DNA of 61,741 nt, counting the filler, from Syncephalis fuscata S228 (taxonomy: Eukaryota; Fungi; Zoopagomycota): the NCBI GenBank assembly GCA_025786725.1. It is 3 parts of 3 records of this genome, joined end to end, with 100 filler letters (N's around TTAATTAATTAA, not from the genome) between each part and the next. Parts side by side here need not be neighbours in the genome. Positions count along the whole stretch, not along the records: positions 1 to 20,199 come from JAHLTZ010000168.1; positions 20,300 to 46,310 come from JAHLTZ010000114.1; 1 more part is not named here. One strand, given 5' to 3'. The position numbers and the translations under genes were made by a program. Shown piece after piece: positions 12,450 through 26,507 of this stretch (the stretch's first letter is position 1; every line of letters starts with the position of its first letter). The notes beneath the pieces are model-generated. The model saw only the letters and a program-made list of their open reading frames with translations, was not told the origin of the DNA and did no database searches.

Positions 12450-14182
12450 CCATCAAATTAACCAATTAAATATCACTCAGTAGTATAGATACTAAAAACT
12501 TGTTTATTAATATTATGCATGGACATCTATAAGTGTGTATTCTGTCGATATACTGGGTGTTACAATAAAATAGCCATTTATCCACCTTGTATCTACCTAT
12601 ACTATTAAAGAAAAGTTAAATAACTACTGTTGTAATAAGCATCTGCTATACACAAACTAATACACTGACTGACACTTGTATCGTTACTCAAGGTGTCAGT
12701 TTATACATATATATATATATATATGGAAACAATGATATTATATGATAAAAATCCATAATGCCTATTTTTAGTTTTATCACACAAAATCAAATGTTCACTT
12801 AAATTGAGTAATTAACGTTTATATTGGCTATATCGGAAGGAAAATACTCGGCTCGGTCTTTTATTTCTAATAAGCGGCCTTTGAAATTATTAATACACTT
12901 CCCAATGGATAGCCAAAATACGTAGACCGACCATTCTACACCGATAGTTGTACCATCTCCGCCTGTTTTTTACTATCATTATTGCTATGATGTGATGTGT
13001 AGATAGGTAGGTGTGACTCGTACGACCTTTGAGGTCTATTTTTACTTGTTTCTCTTCCTTTGGCTGCATATTCAATCCAATAGTAGCCGCCTAGGCTGCA
13101 TGGCCGTTATTGGCCGTTGGAACGCAGCTATCAGCCTCCCATCCTTTACCATTGGACTTTACACACTATAGTAATGGCAATAATAGGGAGGTGTACTGTT
13201 GTAGGGTGAAATTGTGCGTGCACGCGCATTTAACACTATCTAAAACTATAACACCAACTTTATTGTAGTCTTTAGCAAGCTAGTTTTACTGACTGGCGAG
13301 TAATCATCGTAACTAGTCTAATTACAACACAGTATTAAATTGGATTTGCTTAAAAGTTGTTAAAAGATTTCCGTTTACGCTCTACAATTCGATTGCATTT
13401 CCGCATCTGTCGCACTATTTTCGCCCTTGCACGTAGGACTCCGCCTTTTTCTCTTTGCCCTTTTATTTATCCTAGCCTACTCGCTCTCGCTCTCGCTCTC
13501 TCTTCTCGCTTGCTTTCTCTCGCTCGCTCTCTATTATATTAACCTATTATTACCCCCTTGTTTAGTACGTGTGCGTGGGTTAGGTGTACGCGTGTACGTT
13601 TGTGTTTTTGTGTGTGTGTGTGCTTGCTTATTCTCGCCTTGCATTGATAGCCACACCTACATCATCATCATCACCGTCACTATCAGCAATACTCTGACGT
13701 TATAGCACTTGGCTTTCTACATAGACGCACGCGCACACACCTTTTGACCTATTAGTTTATGTGTGAATGTGCATGTGTATGAGCTATTGATACTAGGAAT
13801 ATATTTTTGAGAAGCATTCATAATTGCACTGTCTAGTCCGAGACTCTGTGGCAGATTCTCATCTGACTGCATTATTTAACACTCCATCAAACAAACAACA
13901 TTTTTCATTAGTTTACTTGGTTCAAGTAAACTTCAAACGTTAGCTAGCATTGCTTTGGGTGCGGACGTTGTACTAGCGGGTTTTTTGCGACGACGCACAC
14001 ATTATCAGCTTAAACATCCCTTTTTTAACTCATTTCGCAATTAGCCATTCTATTTGCACAATTTGACTAGCATTTACTTTATTGTAAGTATAAATTGCGT
14101 AAAAATAGTCAATATCATTAATTAATGATTAATTAATGTTTATTTTAATTATTTAGATTACTAGCACATTTTTTTCTACACT

Positions 14183-17100
14183 ATGGCTTCATCCAATAGC
14201 CATAGTCGACATCCCTCAGTAGAGGATCGAGAAGATTTGGTGCAGATACCGGCCGAGTCTTTAAACGATGACTCTGTAGCTGAATGTCTACGCACTAGGC
14301 ATGGCCGCGAACAGCCTTACACTAACTGCGGGTCCAGCACATTGACTGTTGTTAATCCAGGCCGTTATATTTCAATTATGGGCGATGAAACAGCTAAACA
14401 ATACGCTAGACAATACCGTGATGTAGAGTCTGCAGATCAAACTGAACTTTCTCCCCATGTATTTGGATTGGCAACAAAGATCTACATGAATTTACGTAGA
14501 TTAGGACAGGATCAAGGTATTATTTTTGGGTAAGTGGATTACGGGGGAAGTGGTAAAATAAAAATATAATTAGAATATGTGCTAATAATAGATATTTATT
14601 ATTATAGTGGTATTGCCGGCAGTGGTAAAACAGAAAGTCATAAGGCTTTAGTGCGTCAGCTATGTCTTTTGGCCGCTCATTCAAAGAAGGACGCCAAGAT
14701 GCACGCGCAAGTTCAACAGGCTCAGCATGTTCTTGAAGCCTTTGGCAATACACGCAGTGTCAATAATCCAAATGCCTCTCGTTATGGTCTATTTGAAGAA
14801 CTGCAATTTAATGAACGTGGCCGTGTTGTCGGCGCCAAATTCCTTACATTTGGCTTTGAAAAGACACGTGTTGTTGCAACCAATTCACAAGAACGTAGCT
14901 TCCATGCCTTTTACTATTTGTTGGCTGGAGCCAGCAGCGAAGAACGTCAACGCTGGCAGCTGCGTGATATTACATCATATGCATACCTACGTGGAAGAGC
15001 TACACAAATACCTGGTGTAGATGATACACTAAAGTATCAAGAAGTTACCGAAGCTATGCGTGTGTGTGGTATCAAAAGCCGTGCTCGCGATCAAATATTC
15101 CAATTACTATCAGCAATTCTGCATCTTGGTGAACTCGAATTTGATGAAGGCGAGTTGCCTGATGATGCGTGTACGATACGCAATCATGACCAATTAGAAG
15201 TTGTTGCCACATTACTTGGTGTAACAACTGCAGCACTTGAAACAGCTTTAACACACCAAACAAAACAAGTTCGTGGTGATGTGTGCACCGTATTGCTGAA
15301 TCCCGAGTCGGCACGCCATCATCGAGATGGATTTGCTTGTGCACTTTATTCATTGCTATTCACATGGCTTGTTGAATGTCTTAATCAAAAGCTATGTCAT
15401 GAAGAAGAGACTGTTAATATTGTTGCATTACTCGATCCACAAGGCTTCCGTACTAGTTCTGATAGCTCTAATAACAGCAAAGGAGCAGCTACAGCCGACT
15501 TTGAAACATTTTTAACCAATTTTGCAGCTGAACGTGTACAAGCTTATGCATCACGTCGGGCATTTGAAGGTCCAGTAGATGCTGAAATTCGTGCTGATGG
15601 CCTACAAGTCCCTCGTGTTATGTGTGCAGATAATGCCGCTTGTGTCGAGCTATTGCGCGGCAGTTCAACCAAAGAACAGTCGATTATTACTACACTCGAT
15701 ATTGAGTCGGCTAAATCTGAAAGCCGTCGTTCTGAAGGCCAGCTAGTTGCTCAATTAAAGAAGTTATTTTCTTCGCATGGTAACTTTGCTCGTCCATCAG
15801 TCGATGGTGCATGGTCTATTATGCATTATGTTGGCCAAGTCACCTATAGTGACGATGATATTCTTAGCAAGAACTTGGATATTCTATCGCCAGACTTAGT
15901 TAATGTATGTCGTAGCTCAAAGTCGCCATTCATCTCTGAACTTTTTAGTTCCATGGCCGTTGCTACTGAGGCCAATCCACGTGACTCTCGTGCTATTGTA
16001 GCTGCACAACAGTCGGCTAAACCAATGCGAGCTCCATCCCGTCGTGTAAAGCGTGCAGCTACTCGTAAAGGTGGTGATGCAGCAGCTGAAGCTGATGCAG
16101 CTGACGACTTTAAGCCAGCCAGCGATGGAAAGAACGGTGTTGCACGTCAAATGGATTCGGCACTTGAAGAGCTGTTCATTACTATGGATGAGTGTCGTGT
16201 ATGGACTGCATATCACATCCGTCCAAGTGAAGCTGACATGATTTCAACTGGCGCTGCTCCGTCATTCGACGTCAAGAAAGTTCGTGCTCAAGCACGCGCT
16301 ATGTTAATTCCAGAATTGGCACGCCAACGTCAAACAGCACCAGATATGACAATATCTTTTCCACACGATGAATTTTTACAACGTTTTGACTCGCTGTTGC
16401 GTTTATTCCAATTGGATGCCAGTCGTTCACCACGTGAAAAGATTGGTGCATTAGCCATGATTAAAGGGTGGTCAGAAGCTGACGCATTGGTTGGTGAACA
16501 ACGCGTATTTTTGCGTGAAAATATCTGGAAACAGTTTGAAGATGGACTACGACAAGCTGAAAAAGGTGAACGTGCAGCACGTAAAGACCAAAATACAGAT
16601 GAAGTCGAATCTAATGATTTGGCGCCGCCAAGGGCACCAATGCTACAACAGCACAATATGGCACCCGCTTCAGACCGTGGATCTATGGCCATGCCAGCAC
16701 CTTATGCGTCATCATACGCCGGCGATAGTCAAAGTGTTATATTTAACGATGATGAGTATCTTCAAGTTCGTAATCATCCCAGCGCATACCCAGGTAGCTA
16801 CAATGGCACTAGCGGTCCTTCAAGTTACTATGGTGGTGGCAATATGACTGCACAAAGTCTTTCGCCTGGTCATCAATACGATGACGATTCAGTATCGCTT
16901 TATGAATCGGTATATCATGGTGCACGCAGCCAAGCAATGAGCCAAGGCAACCATTTACAAAATATGTGGGGCGAAAACGAAGAGACGCCACTGACCGAGC
17001 AAAAGAAAGTACCACAGTATGAAAATGCACAGTATGATCCGCCTGAGGATGAAGAAGAAGATGAAGTGTCACGTCAACGTCGCTGTTGGGTCTGCTGTAC

Positions 17101-20100
17101 TTGGGGACTTACTTGGTGGATTCCTGAGTTCTGTATTCGAATCTGTGGTCGAATGAAGCGTGAAGATATTCGTATGGCCTGGCGTGAAAAGGTCGCTATT
17201 TGCATTATCATTTTCCTGATGTGCGCTACTGCTATTTGCTTTATTCTTTTACTACCAAAATTACTTTGTCCAACGACATATTTGTTTACAACTGATGAGC
17301 TTAGTCATTACCAAGGTACTGATGCCATTTATATGGCTGTACGTGGCGAAATTTACGACACAACTACATTTGCCAAGTCTGGTCATGGCGTGAGTAATCG
17401 TCCTGTAACTCTTGATAACATGCTCGACTACGCTGGCAAGGATGTGACGCGTTTATTTCCTATTCCATTAACTGTAGCTTGTGCCGGTCTTGTCACTAAC
17501 AAAGATGTGACGGTAAAAGGCGCTGTTGAAGATGAAGTGGAAGTAGATCCAGTTGCTGTACACGCGTCATCTAATCCACTCGCCGCCGGATCTAATGTGC
17601 GACTAAGTGAACCTAATTGGTTTAAAGATGTATTTATTCCAAGAATGAAACGAACCAGAAAAGGAGCTGTGGCCTATAGTCGTAAAGAAGTAAAGGATTT
17701 GGGCCAGAAGGGTACAAAACGCTGGTCTATTATTGGCGACGAAGTATTCGATCTAACTCCCTATTATCGTACTGTCAATCGTAGTGATGTTACTGCATCG
17801 CCGAAGAAAAGCGATTGGGAGTACTTTAAGGGAATAGATACTCTTTTCATCGACTATGCTGGTGAAGATAATACAAGCAGATTTAAAGGAATCAAACCAG
17901 CCAGCTCCCAAGCACCGACACTTGCCTGTTTACGTAATATGTTCAGAATTGGTGTTGTTGATGTTCGTAAAGAATTGAGCTGTTTATTAGCCGATTATCT
18001 TCTATTGGCCACTGCTTGCTTTTTAGGATTGGTTATTTTGGCCAAGTTCTTGGCTGCATTGCAATTAGGAACACGTCGAAATCCTGAAGATCATGACAAA
18101 TTTGTTATTTGTCAGGTGCCGTGTTATACCGAAGGTGAAGATTCACTACAACGGGCATTTGAATCATTGGCTATTCTTAATTACGACGACAAGCGTAAAC
18201 TTATCTTTGTTATTGCTGATGGTATGATTGTTGGCAGTGGTAATGACCGGCCAACACCACGTATTGTACTTGATTTACTTGGTGTTGATCCAAAATATAA
18301 CCCGGATCCATTGCCATTTAGAAGTATTGGTGAAGGTGCAAATCAGCTTAATTACGGCAAAGTTTACTCTGGTCTATATGAACATGAAGGACATGTTGTA
18401 CCGTATTTAGTTGTCGTTAAAGTTGGTCGTCCCACTGAACGTAACCGCCCTGGTAATCGTGGTAAACGTGACTCGCAAATCATTCTAATGCGTTTCCTCA
18501 ATCGTGTTCATTTCGATCGAGCAATGTCGCCACTTGAACTTGAAGTATTCCATCAGCTAAAGAATGTTATTGGTGTACATCCAAGCTTCTACGAATACGT
18601 TCTTATGGTGGATGCCGATACACAAGTATCTACACAATCATTGAATCGACTCATTTCGTGTATGTTGCACGACCAGCGTGTTATGGGTATTTGCGGTGAA
18701 ACACGCCTGGCTAATGAAGATCTTACTTGGGCCACTATGATTCAAGTATACGAATACTACATTTCGCATCATATGGCCAAGGCATTTGAATCGCTATTTG
18801 GTTCAGTTACTTGTTTGCCTGGTTGTTTCTGTATGTACCGAGTACGTACACCAGTTAAAAATCGACCACTTATTATTGCCGATGATATTGTTAACGCGTA
18901 CAGCGAAACGCATGTTGATACTTTACATAAGAAGAATTTGCTATCACTTGGTGAAGATCGTTATTTAACAACACTAATGTTAAAGCATTTCCCACAATAT
19001 AAGATGACATTTACACCAGATGCTACTTGTGAAACGGCTGCACCGGAGAAATGGTCCATTCTACTTTCACAACGTCGTCGTTGGATTAATTCAACTATTC
19101 ACAATCTAGTTGAATTGCTATTCTTGCAAGATCTGTGCGGTTTTTGCTGCTTCTCTATGCGATTTGTTGTTATGATCGATTTGCTTGGTACAATTACTAT
19201 GCCTGCCACCTTGGTTTACATTGGCTATTTGATTTATATGGTGGCCGATGCTAAAGCTGAAGGTCGTCCACTTAATATCAGCTGGGTATCATTAGCCATT
19301 CTTGGTGCAGTCTATGGTCTACAAGCAGTTATTTTCATTTTGAAACGTCAATGGCAACACGTAGGCTGGATGATCATTTATTTGTTGGCTATGCCAATAT
19401 TTGGTTTTATGCTTCCTCTTTATTCATTCTGGCATTTCGATGACTTTTCATGGGGTAATACGCGTGTTGTTGTCGGTGAAAATAAGAAGAAGAAGGTTAT
19501 TGTCGTTGGAGAAGAAGAGAAGTTTGATCCACGCGATATTCCACTGATTACTTGGGCTCAATACGAACAAGAGATGTGGGAAAAGGGCACCACTGGATCA
19601 CAAGGTTCGCAATTAACAAGTATTAGTCGACGCAGCCACAGCCACAGCCGTGGGCCAGGTTCAGTTGTTGCCGAATCAGTTGCCGGTTCGCAGTATGGCG
19701 GTAGCCAACGAGGCGGATTTGGAACATTAAATGTTCCAGGTAGCAATGATTATCGTCATTCACAAGGATATAGTGTGGCCAATGGATCAGTATTTGCTGG
19801 CGGTAACACAGCTGGCTCTGCTTACATGCCACCCGATCCAAATCGCTCTATGGCCAGCAACTATGGGGCTGGTCCAGCTCGTAGTGAATATGATCCATCA
19901 ATGGCATTTGGCCCATCGGCTACCATGAACGATAATGGCATGCCACGCTACAGCATGATAAGTAATGCGCAATCAGTTGGTCCACAATATGTAGCTGGTG
20001 GGGTACTGGGTGGCATGGGTGTTGGCCAGCCAAGCGACGATCAATTGCTAGCAGAAATACGTCAAATCCTCTCAACTAGCGATTTGATGACCATTACTAA

Positions 20101-20199
20101 GAAGCAAGTACGCGAACAACTTAGTCAGATGCATGGTATCGATTTAACACCGCGCAAAGAGTTCATCAATAATACAATCGACATGGTGCTACAAGGCCG
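14183..20199 (+). CDS. Class V-type chitin synthase with N-terminal myosin motor domain (CsmA/Mcs1-like), cut by the contig end just before the stop
   Basis: Exon 1 14183-14529, intron 14530-14607. P-loop GIAGSGKTE and EAFGNTRSVNNPNASRYG; two cytochrome-b5-like segments; [26 protein letters not shown] and WHFDDFSWG motifs; C-terminal DEK-C (LLAEIRQILSTSDLMTITKKQVR). Confidence 0.95.
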
Positions 20200-20299
20200 N
20201 NNNNNNNNNNNNNNNNNNNNNNNNNNNNNNNNNNNNNNNNNNNTTAATTAATTAANNNNNNNNNNNNNNNNNNNNNNNNNNNNNNNNNNNNNNNNNNNN
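20200..20299. other. Artificial contig linker (N-run, TTAATTAATTAA six-frame stop, N-run)
   Basis: 100-bp spacer of identical design to 46311-46410; genes on both sides are truncated. Confidence 0.97.
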
Positions 20300-21600
20300 A
20301 CGGTGCAGATGACTGCTCTGCTAAATAACTGTTTTTTAATGAATCTTGCTTGCCTGTTACAACAATATCTTCTGCTGTTGTTGTTGTTGTTGTAGAATAA
20401 GTAAGTTGCTCGCTTGTTTCACTAACATTTATTCGCGTATCATTTAAAGTCGATCTGGCAGCTTTAAAAGCAGCTCGAGTAGTTGTATTTGTGCTAGATT
20501 CATTGGACGATGCTGACTCCTCGTCATTAAATGTCATTGGCTTCAGTATACGTCGTTTTCGTGCATCCATACCATCACCTCCTGTATCAGAACGGGCCGG
20601 TGATGCATTAGCTGATGCACGTGCTGCAGCAATGACACACCAATTTTCACTTTGCCATCGGCAAATTCAATTACATCTTCGTTAAAATCCATGCCATGAT
20701 CTGACATCTATAATTACCATTAGTAATTTCATTATTAGTACATACAATCTATTAACATTATGATCCACTAATTACACACACCTCATCCCATTTCTCATCA
20801 AGTACTAATTTATCTTTAGAACGGGCTTGAAGTGATCCCGTTGTGTTTATTGTACTATATGACTGTTTCATTCCTATTTAACATTAAGCATTTAATATTA
20901 ATAATAATTAATAATACATATGATTAATATACCATAATAGTTGTATTTGGCTATATGCAACTTACCTGTAGTCATACTGTTTGCTGTTGTTATTGCTGTA
21001 GTAGTAATAGTCGTATTATTATTACTAAATTTTCCGCGAGATGAATAATGTGCTATAATAAATACCATCAACTATATAGTTAGCATATAATGCATATGTT
21101 CATTTCCGCGTAATGCAGCCGCCGTGTAACGATGTGCCCCTTAAATTCTATCACTGCTTGTTCTTACCTTTGGTCTCTACTTTATTGGCTTCCGCTGCTG
21201 TTGGAAATTCCTGATCATTGGCGGCAGAAATTGCTTTTTTATCAATAGACAATGCGCCTGATGCACCAGTGTTATTTCTGGCCGTCTTTGGCTTCCATAC
21301 CGCAGACGATTGCGTGCAGTTATCATCGCCGCCCTCGTCAAGGTTGCTATTATCTATCTGTGTATTGGCCAACATTGGTTTACCCCAAACAGGTCCATTG
21401 GCCGCTATAGAAGGTTGTTTAGTTTCCATACGTTTACTAGGTATATCCACCGGTAGTGGTGCAACAACAGAGGTGCGGGTACGCGAGAAATTGCGTCCAT
21501 GGACGCCAACGCCATTGGTGCGTTTTGACGACGAGACGGAGGCGGTGGAAGCAGACGAGCTTAGCTCTGCATAGGTACCCGATGAAGGATCGCCCGGCAT
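20300..21600 (-). CDS. 5' part of a low-complexity protein, possibly PRRC2/BAT2-N-like
   Basis: Spliced ORF with APLPVDIPSKRME, GPVWGKP, DQEFPTAAE and WDE..MDFNEDVIEFADG, loosely resembling BAT2-N motifs (PPPANLPSL, EEFPSL). Truncated at the linker. Confidence 0.45.
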
Positions 21601-23796
21601 AGCGATAGCCACCGAGACGGCTCTTTAATAGTGCCACACACACGTAGCAAGTACGTTGAACGGCGAAATCAACACACTAGCACACTCGTTAACAGAGACT
21701 ACAATCCACTGGCACACGTGTTCCAAGACCACCTAGACAGACAGAAGACAAATAGAAGGCAATAGATACGCAACTATACGCACACACAAACAAAATATCA
21801 ATCGCAGGAATAAAGCTGTCGTTTGCGGCGGTTCTAATACGAAATGGAAATGAATTTAACTAGTAGTCAGTTAGTTTAGTAGACAAGGAAATAATCGTGT
21901 AATCGTACAAGGCCGGCGGCGATCGGACAATAAAAGGTTCGCTAGCGTGTAACTTGGGTATAACTCCGCTAGAACCGTACGAAGCACAACCAATACTGGT
22001 CGGTAATCTCGCAATAAGCGGTAACAGTGGTACCAAAGAAAAAAACGTCAATGGAACCTGCAGGTATGTAAAAAAAAAGAACCATGAGCCAAGCCACCTG
22101 GGGAAAGGCAGTCAAGGAAAACTAAAAAAGATAATATGAGAAAGAATAGAAATAGAAAGAATAAGTGTGAGCGAGTAGAGAAAGTAAGAAAAGAGAGTAA
22201 AGAGAAAATAACCGGTGGAGGTCAGCTATAATGGTATAAAGCAAACGAAACAGATAAAGCGAGTGGATAAACGAATAACAGGACGGCAAAGCGTGCACTT
22301 GTGGTCCGAGTGGTGGTGGTGGTGGTGTGTGTGCCATAGTTGGCAGTTTAAAAAAGACAAGTACGAGGCGAGCATGGAAACGAATGGATAGCACACCTAC
22401 AGATACACAGATACATACACACGCACACACACACAGATACACACATCACAGTGTACAATATTATATAACATGTGCTATAGTCGGGTGGGTTATTGTTACC
22501 ATGATGATGCTGATGGTACCAATATGATAATATGATAATGGTAATAGACATAATGTTCATTGATTATGAATGGTTGAGTGTTGAGCGGCGTAAAAAGCAG
22601 GTCGGACGAGGCCAACATGCCGTGTTTGGTGAAGGCCAAAGGTGACCACGATATTAAAAAACAAGCATTTTCATTCCGATACACACACCACACACATACA
22701 CACATATGCACGCGTGCCTATGACTGGCCACCATGCGTTGTTTACAGGGACAGCAGCAATGGCATCAATGTCATTATCATATGTATTCATATGAATGATC
22801 TATACTTTGTTGTTCGTAAGCCAGCTCTGGGAATAAACACCATGCCATTTAATAAAGCATTATTCACATTAGCATACGATGGTTGATTTCTTCCAATGCA
22901 AATTACACAAACGCACTCCCTTAAACTAAAGTGACAGGTGGGAAAGAACGTGGTCCGTTCACCTCTGTACGCCCACCATCTAGTTAGCTAGATGCGGTGC
23001 TATGTACATCCACCAGTCTGGTCCTCTTCGTTGATGTCATCCATGCATTCATTGCTTAACCGCTGCTCGCTATCATTACATTGGTACTTGTACATTGCAT
23101 AAAAGTAATGACTTGGACGGTTCCATTGAACTACGACAAGTCGGTCCACACCATACACATAGACTTATATGCACACGTGTGGGCAAACGCATATGCTCTG
23201 TTTTATTGCTATACTCGCCATCATGACGACATACACTAAAGAATAGTGAACCGTTGACCACGACTAGCACGCAGTTTTCAACCGTCTAAAGTCGTAACAA
23301 CATAGATAGAATGATGAAATAAAATAATAGTTGCGTCACTAACTAGTTCTTCTGTCCTCCATTACACTCTTACTTCACCCCGCATAGTAAGCATAATAGC
23401 ATAATAGCACTCCATCCTATATAACACTTACCGTAGACAAAATAAGCAATGTTGCAAAAGAGTAAAGTTAGAAATAAAGGAAAGAAAAAGGACAGGCATG
23501 CACGGACACACCATTCAATAGTGCTATTGATGCGGGGTTGAGCAAGCCTCACAAGTTACAGGCTATGTGTGGCTATTTGTAGATAGACAGTGTAAATATC
23601 CGTCTATTTTTTGTTGATTAAACTGGTTTTCTTTGTTCATTCATTTTTGATGATGGGTTCATCGAGTTACATCCATGTATCTATAAAAATCGTCATATTG
23701 ACATTCATTGTAGGAACCGGTTCTACATTAATGCAGTAACCATGACGTCATGGACCCTTCTATTACACAGACCATTTATTCTGATACCACTTTCAT

Positions 23797-24272
23797 TACA
23801 TTGTGTTTTTTAATGCATTCAAGTTATTGGTATGGTCGATAAAAAAATACCATTTGATCAAGTATATAAAGTAATAGTTTACCATAATTTGTAGGTATGC
23901 GCTATAACACATTAATAGAATGCAATAAATCACAACTATACTTACTTGTATGGGTCAATATAAGATTGGCCCAGCCTTTAAATATTTCAGATAATTCCCA
24001 ATGATCCCAATTACGTAACTGAATACTACAGTTAAATTGCCTTTGCCACCATTTAGTGATAATAGATATTACTGGTGGTAGGCCGTAAGCAAGTATTAAT
24101 GGCATTTCCTTGACACTAGTATCTAGATAATAAATGATTTGGTAAACAAACAGTTATATAAAGCAACATTGTTTACCGTGTTGGTATTCTGCTCTCTTAT
24201 AGAAATCCAAATAAGCTTGGTTTCATATGGCTGCTGTTGCTGCTGTTGTATTGCTAATCGTAGAGTATTATA
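23797..24272 (-). pseudogene. Partial, internally deleted duplicate of the CENP-L gene
   Basis: ~23920-24272 is nearly identical to ~30249-30602 with a 1-bp deletion near 24188. It is fused to a more diverged copy of the last exon (29658-29785). No 5' exons. Confidence 0.85.
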
Positions 24273-24864
24273 GCTATAATATTACACTTTTAAGAATAAA
24301 AATTGTGAGCAGTGACAAAGCAACAAAGAAAGGAGAGAGAATAAAGATAGTGAGGTAGTCAAATAGTGAAATATTAATGCAATAAAGTATGGTATTAATA
24401 TCATTATGGATTTAATATTTAAAGATGGCTTCAATCAGTAAATCTATAACAAATTCTCAACTGAGCAGGTTTTGGTCATAAAGCTAATTAAAATTCGAGT
24501 AAAAAGGCTGTTTTTATTATTATGTAACATTACTACGTATTTATAGCAATGCTGGAACTCTGATAGTAGCAAATATTCTAGAAGTAAATGGTAGAGAAAG
24601 TGTTGAATGCAATGAATACGAGTAAAGCTTAAATTTGAAAAATTGCTATTTTATGTAATTATTTAATTATAACACTACATTAAGTATACATTTTGTTTAG
24701 CAAATTAAGCAATAATAGCATTATCACAAATTATAGCCCTATAATATGTATTAGTAGTATTTGGTTGGTCACTACAATGTTTTATAACACTAACGATTGC
24801 AATACATAATATAAAATAAGTTTATAAACAAGTTGTTTAATGAATAATAAAAAATAAATAGCAA

Positions 24865-26507
24865 TTAAAACGACACATCTATTATTTTGTAGGCTTTGTT
24901 ATTTTCCATCAACATCGCGTTCCTTGTGCTAACTGTATCGTTTAATAAAAAGGGATGTTTAATTAAGTCGTTAAGTTTCACAATAATACCGCGACGACCA
25001 TATGATGTTTTGTACAAATACTCTGAATTTGTTTTGCCCAGATTTTTAGTATGCTTTGAATGAATTAAATCTATTACCGTAAATGCACCATCGGGCATAG
25101 AGTAATAAAGAATAAATCTTTCAATACATAATGAAAAAAGACTATTATATAAGATTGTATCTGGCATGTGAATAGCTTTAAGTCTAATACATAAAGCTTT
25201 TAGATTGATGCGTGCTAATATAGCGCCATCCCTTATGCTGTGAACTGTCCATTCTTTTTCAAATACAACAAGAATGCGTTTAGAACTAAATAGCGGCACT
25301 GTACCACGAAGATAATCGTTACGTGTCCAAATGGGCTTTACATCTTTAATGCAAACGTTTGAGTAGCTGCATTTCGTCGAAATCATGGCCAAGCCTATTT
25401 TATTTCCTCTATCTTCGTTCAACATATTGGCATTAAACGGGAAATTATGTTCAATTAAAACTCGATTATCATCCAGTTTTTTAACAAGAATTTTAGAGTC
25501 ATCGTATTGCTTAAAACGTATTTCTCCTTGCATTAGACAGCGCGGACCATATCCTAGATGGCAATTTGAAAACTCCCATACGTTCCATTTGACTGTAATA
25601 GTGGTATATGAGTAATGTAATGATCTAATAAATATAGTTGCTGTTTCTTTAGTAAGTCTCAATAAAAAGGCTTCACCATAATGAGTTGTAATAGCACCCA
25701 TGCACCTTTGCCCATTTGCAAGATCGAAAACGCGAGTTATCGGCACACTGGATTTACCCATATCTTTGAGTGCTGGTTCCAAATAATTTATCATCATCCA
25801 GCGGCCACGAATGCTTGCATTATCGCATAAGCAGGAAAATTGACGTGGTTGCATAGTTGAAGCTAGATGCAGTGGCCAAATGGAAATAACATATGGCGTT
25901 ATACTAAATTCTGCGCTATCTGCTTGTTTAGTAGTAGTCACCACAAATTTGTCTGATACCAGGCATTGAGTTGCATAATATTTATAGTTCACATCATTCC
26001 AAAATAACTTACGCAAGCGCCAAAATCGTTTAGTGGATGTTTCTCCTATTGGCTGGCATTGCTCAACAATGAAACATTTCCACAGATCAGTATGATAATG
26101 AGCAATTCGCTGCAATACAATAGATTGCATGTTGTTTGATTTCTTTTTCACTATATCCTTGACTGGATATGGCTCGTCTTTAAGCCAATTTACATCAGTA
26201 GCACGCCGATAACAAAATGCATGAAACCATTGGATATGCTGGTTATTTGGCCGAGCACTGCTGATTGTTTTTTAATTTGTGATGCTAACAGCTTTGACAC
26301 GTGTACAGTCTTCATATACCAGCTCAGCCATTTTATCTCGCTTTCATCATCAATATTATAATACTGTTTATATCGCTGGTGCCAGAAATTATTTTGTTGG
26401 CTAATACAATACCACAACCATTTACAACAACATGAAAGCAGAACAAGTGATTTGTTGTTGGCAAATACGGCAATATGCCTAATAACAACTATAGGAATAT
26501 GGTCCAT
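24865..26507 (-). CDS. Intronless F-box-like protein with a predicted beta-rich C-terminus, interrupted by a 1-bp frameshift
   Basis: N-terminus MDHIPIVVIRHIAVFANNKSLVLLSCCCKWLW..FWHQRY is F-box-like. Adding one A in the A-run at ~26268-26273 joins it to QHIQWFHAFCYRRATDVNWL and the 428-aa ORF. Confidence 0.6.

Noticed and set aside
2849-12460. MULE with long TIRs and a 9-11 bp target duplication
   Set aside because: The flanks (ATAAATTATAA vs CCATCAAATTA) show no long direct repeat; only TA is shared.
13357-13760. ORFs in the CTCG/GT microsatellite region
   Set aside because: Simple-repeat translations in the chitin synthase promoter or 5' UTR.
20200-20299. TTAATTAATTAA as a biological motif, or a window-wide chitin gene cluster
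   Set aside because: It is an artificial linker; the myosin-CHS and CHS7/class IV CHS lie on different contigs.
21860-23552. Short ORFs upstream of the PRRC2-like gene
   Set aside because: Low-complexity, microsatellite-derived translations with no recognisable motifs; probably a long leader or promoter region.
26255-26285. Programmed -1 ribosomal frameshift in the F-box-like gene
   Set aside because: No canonical X XXY YYZ site in the correct frame and no evident downstream structure; an indel is simpler.
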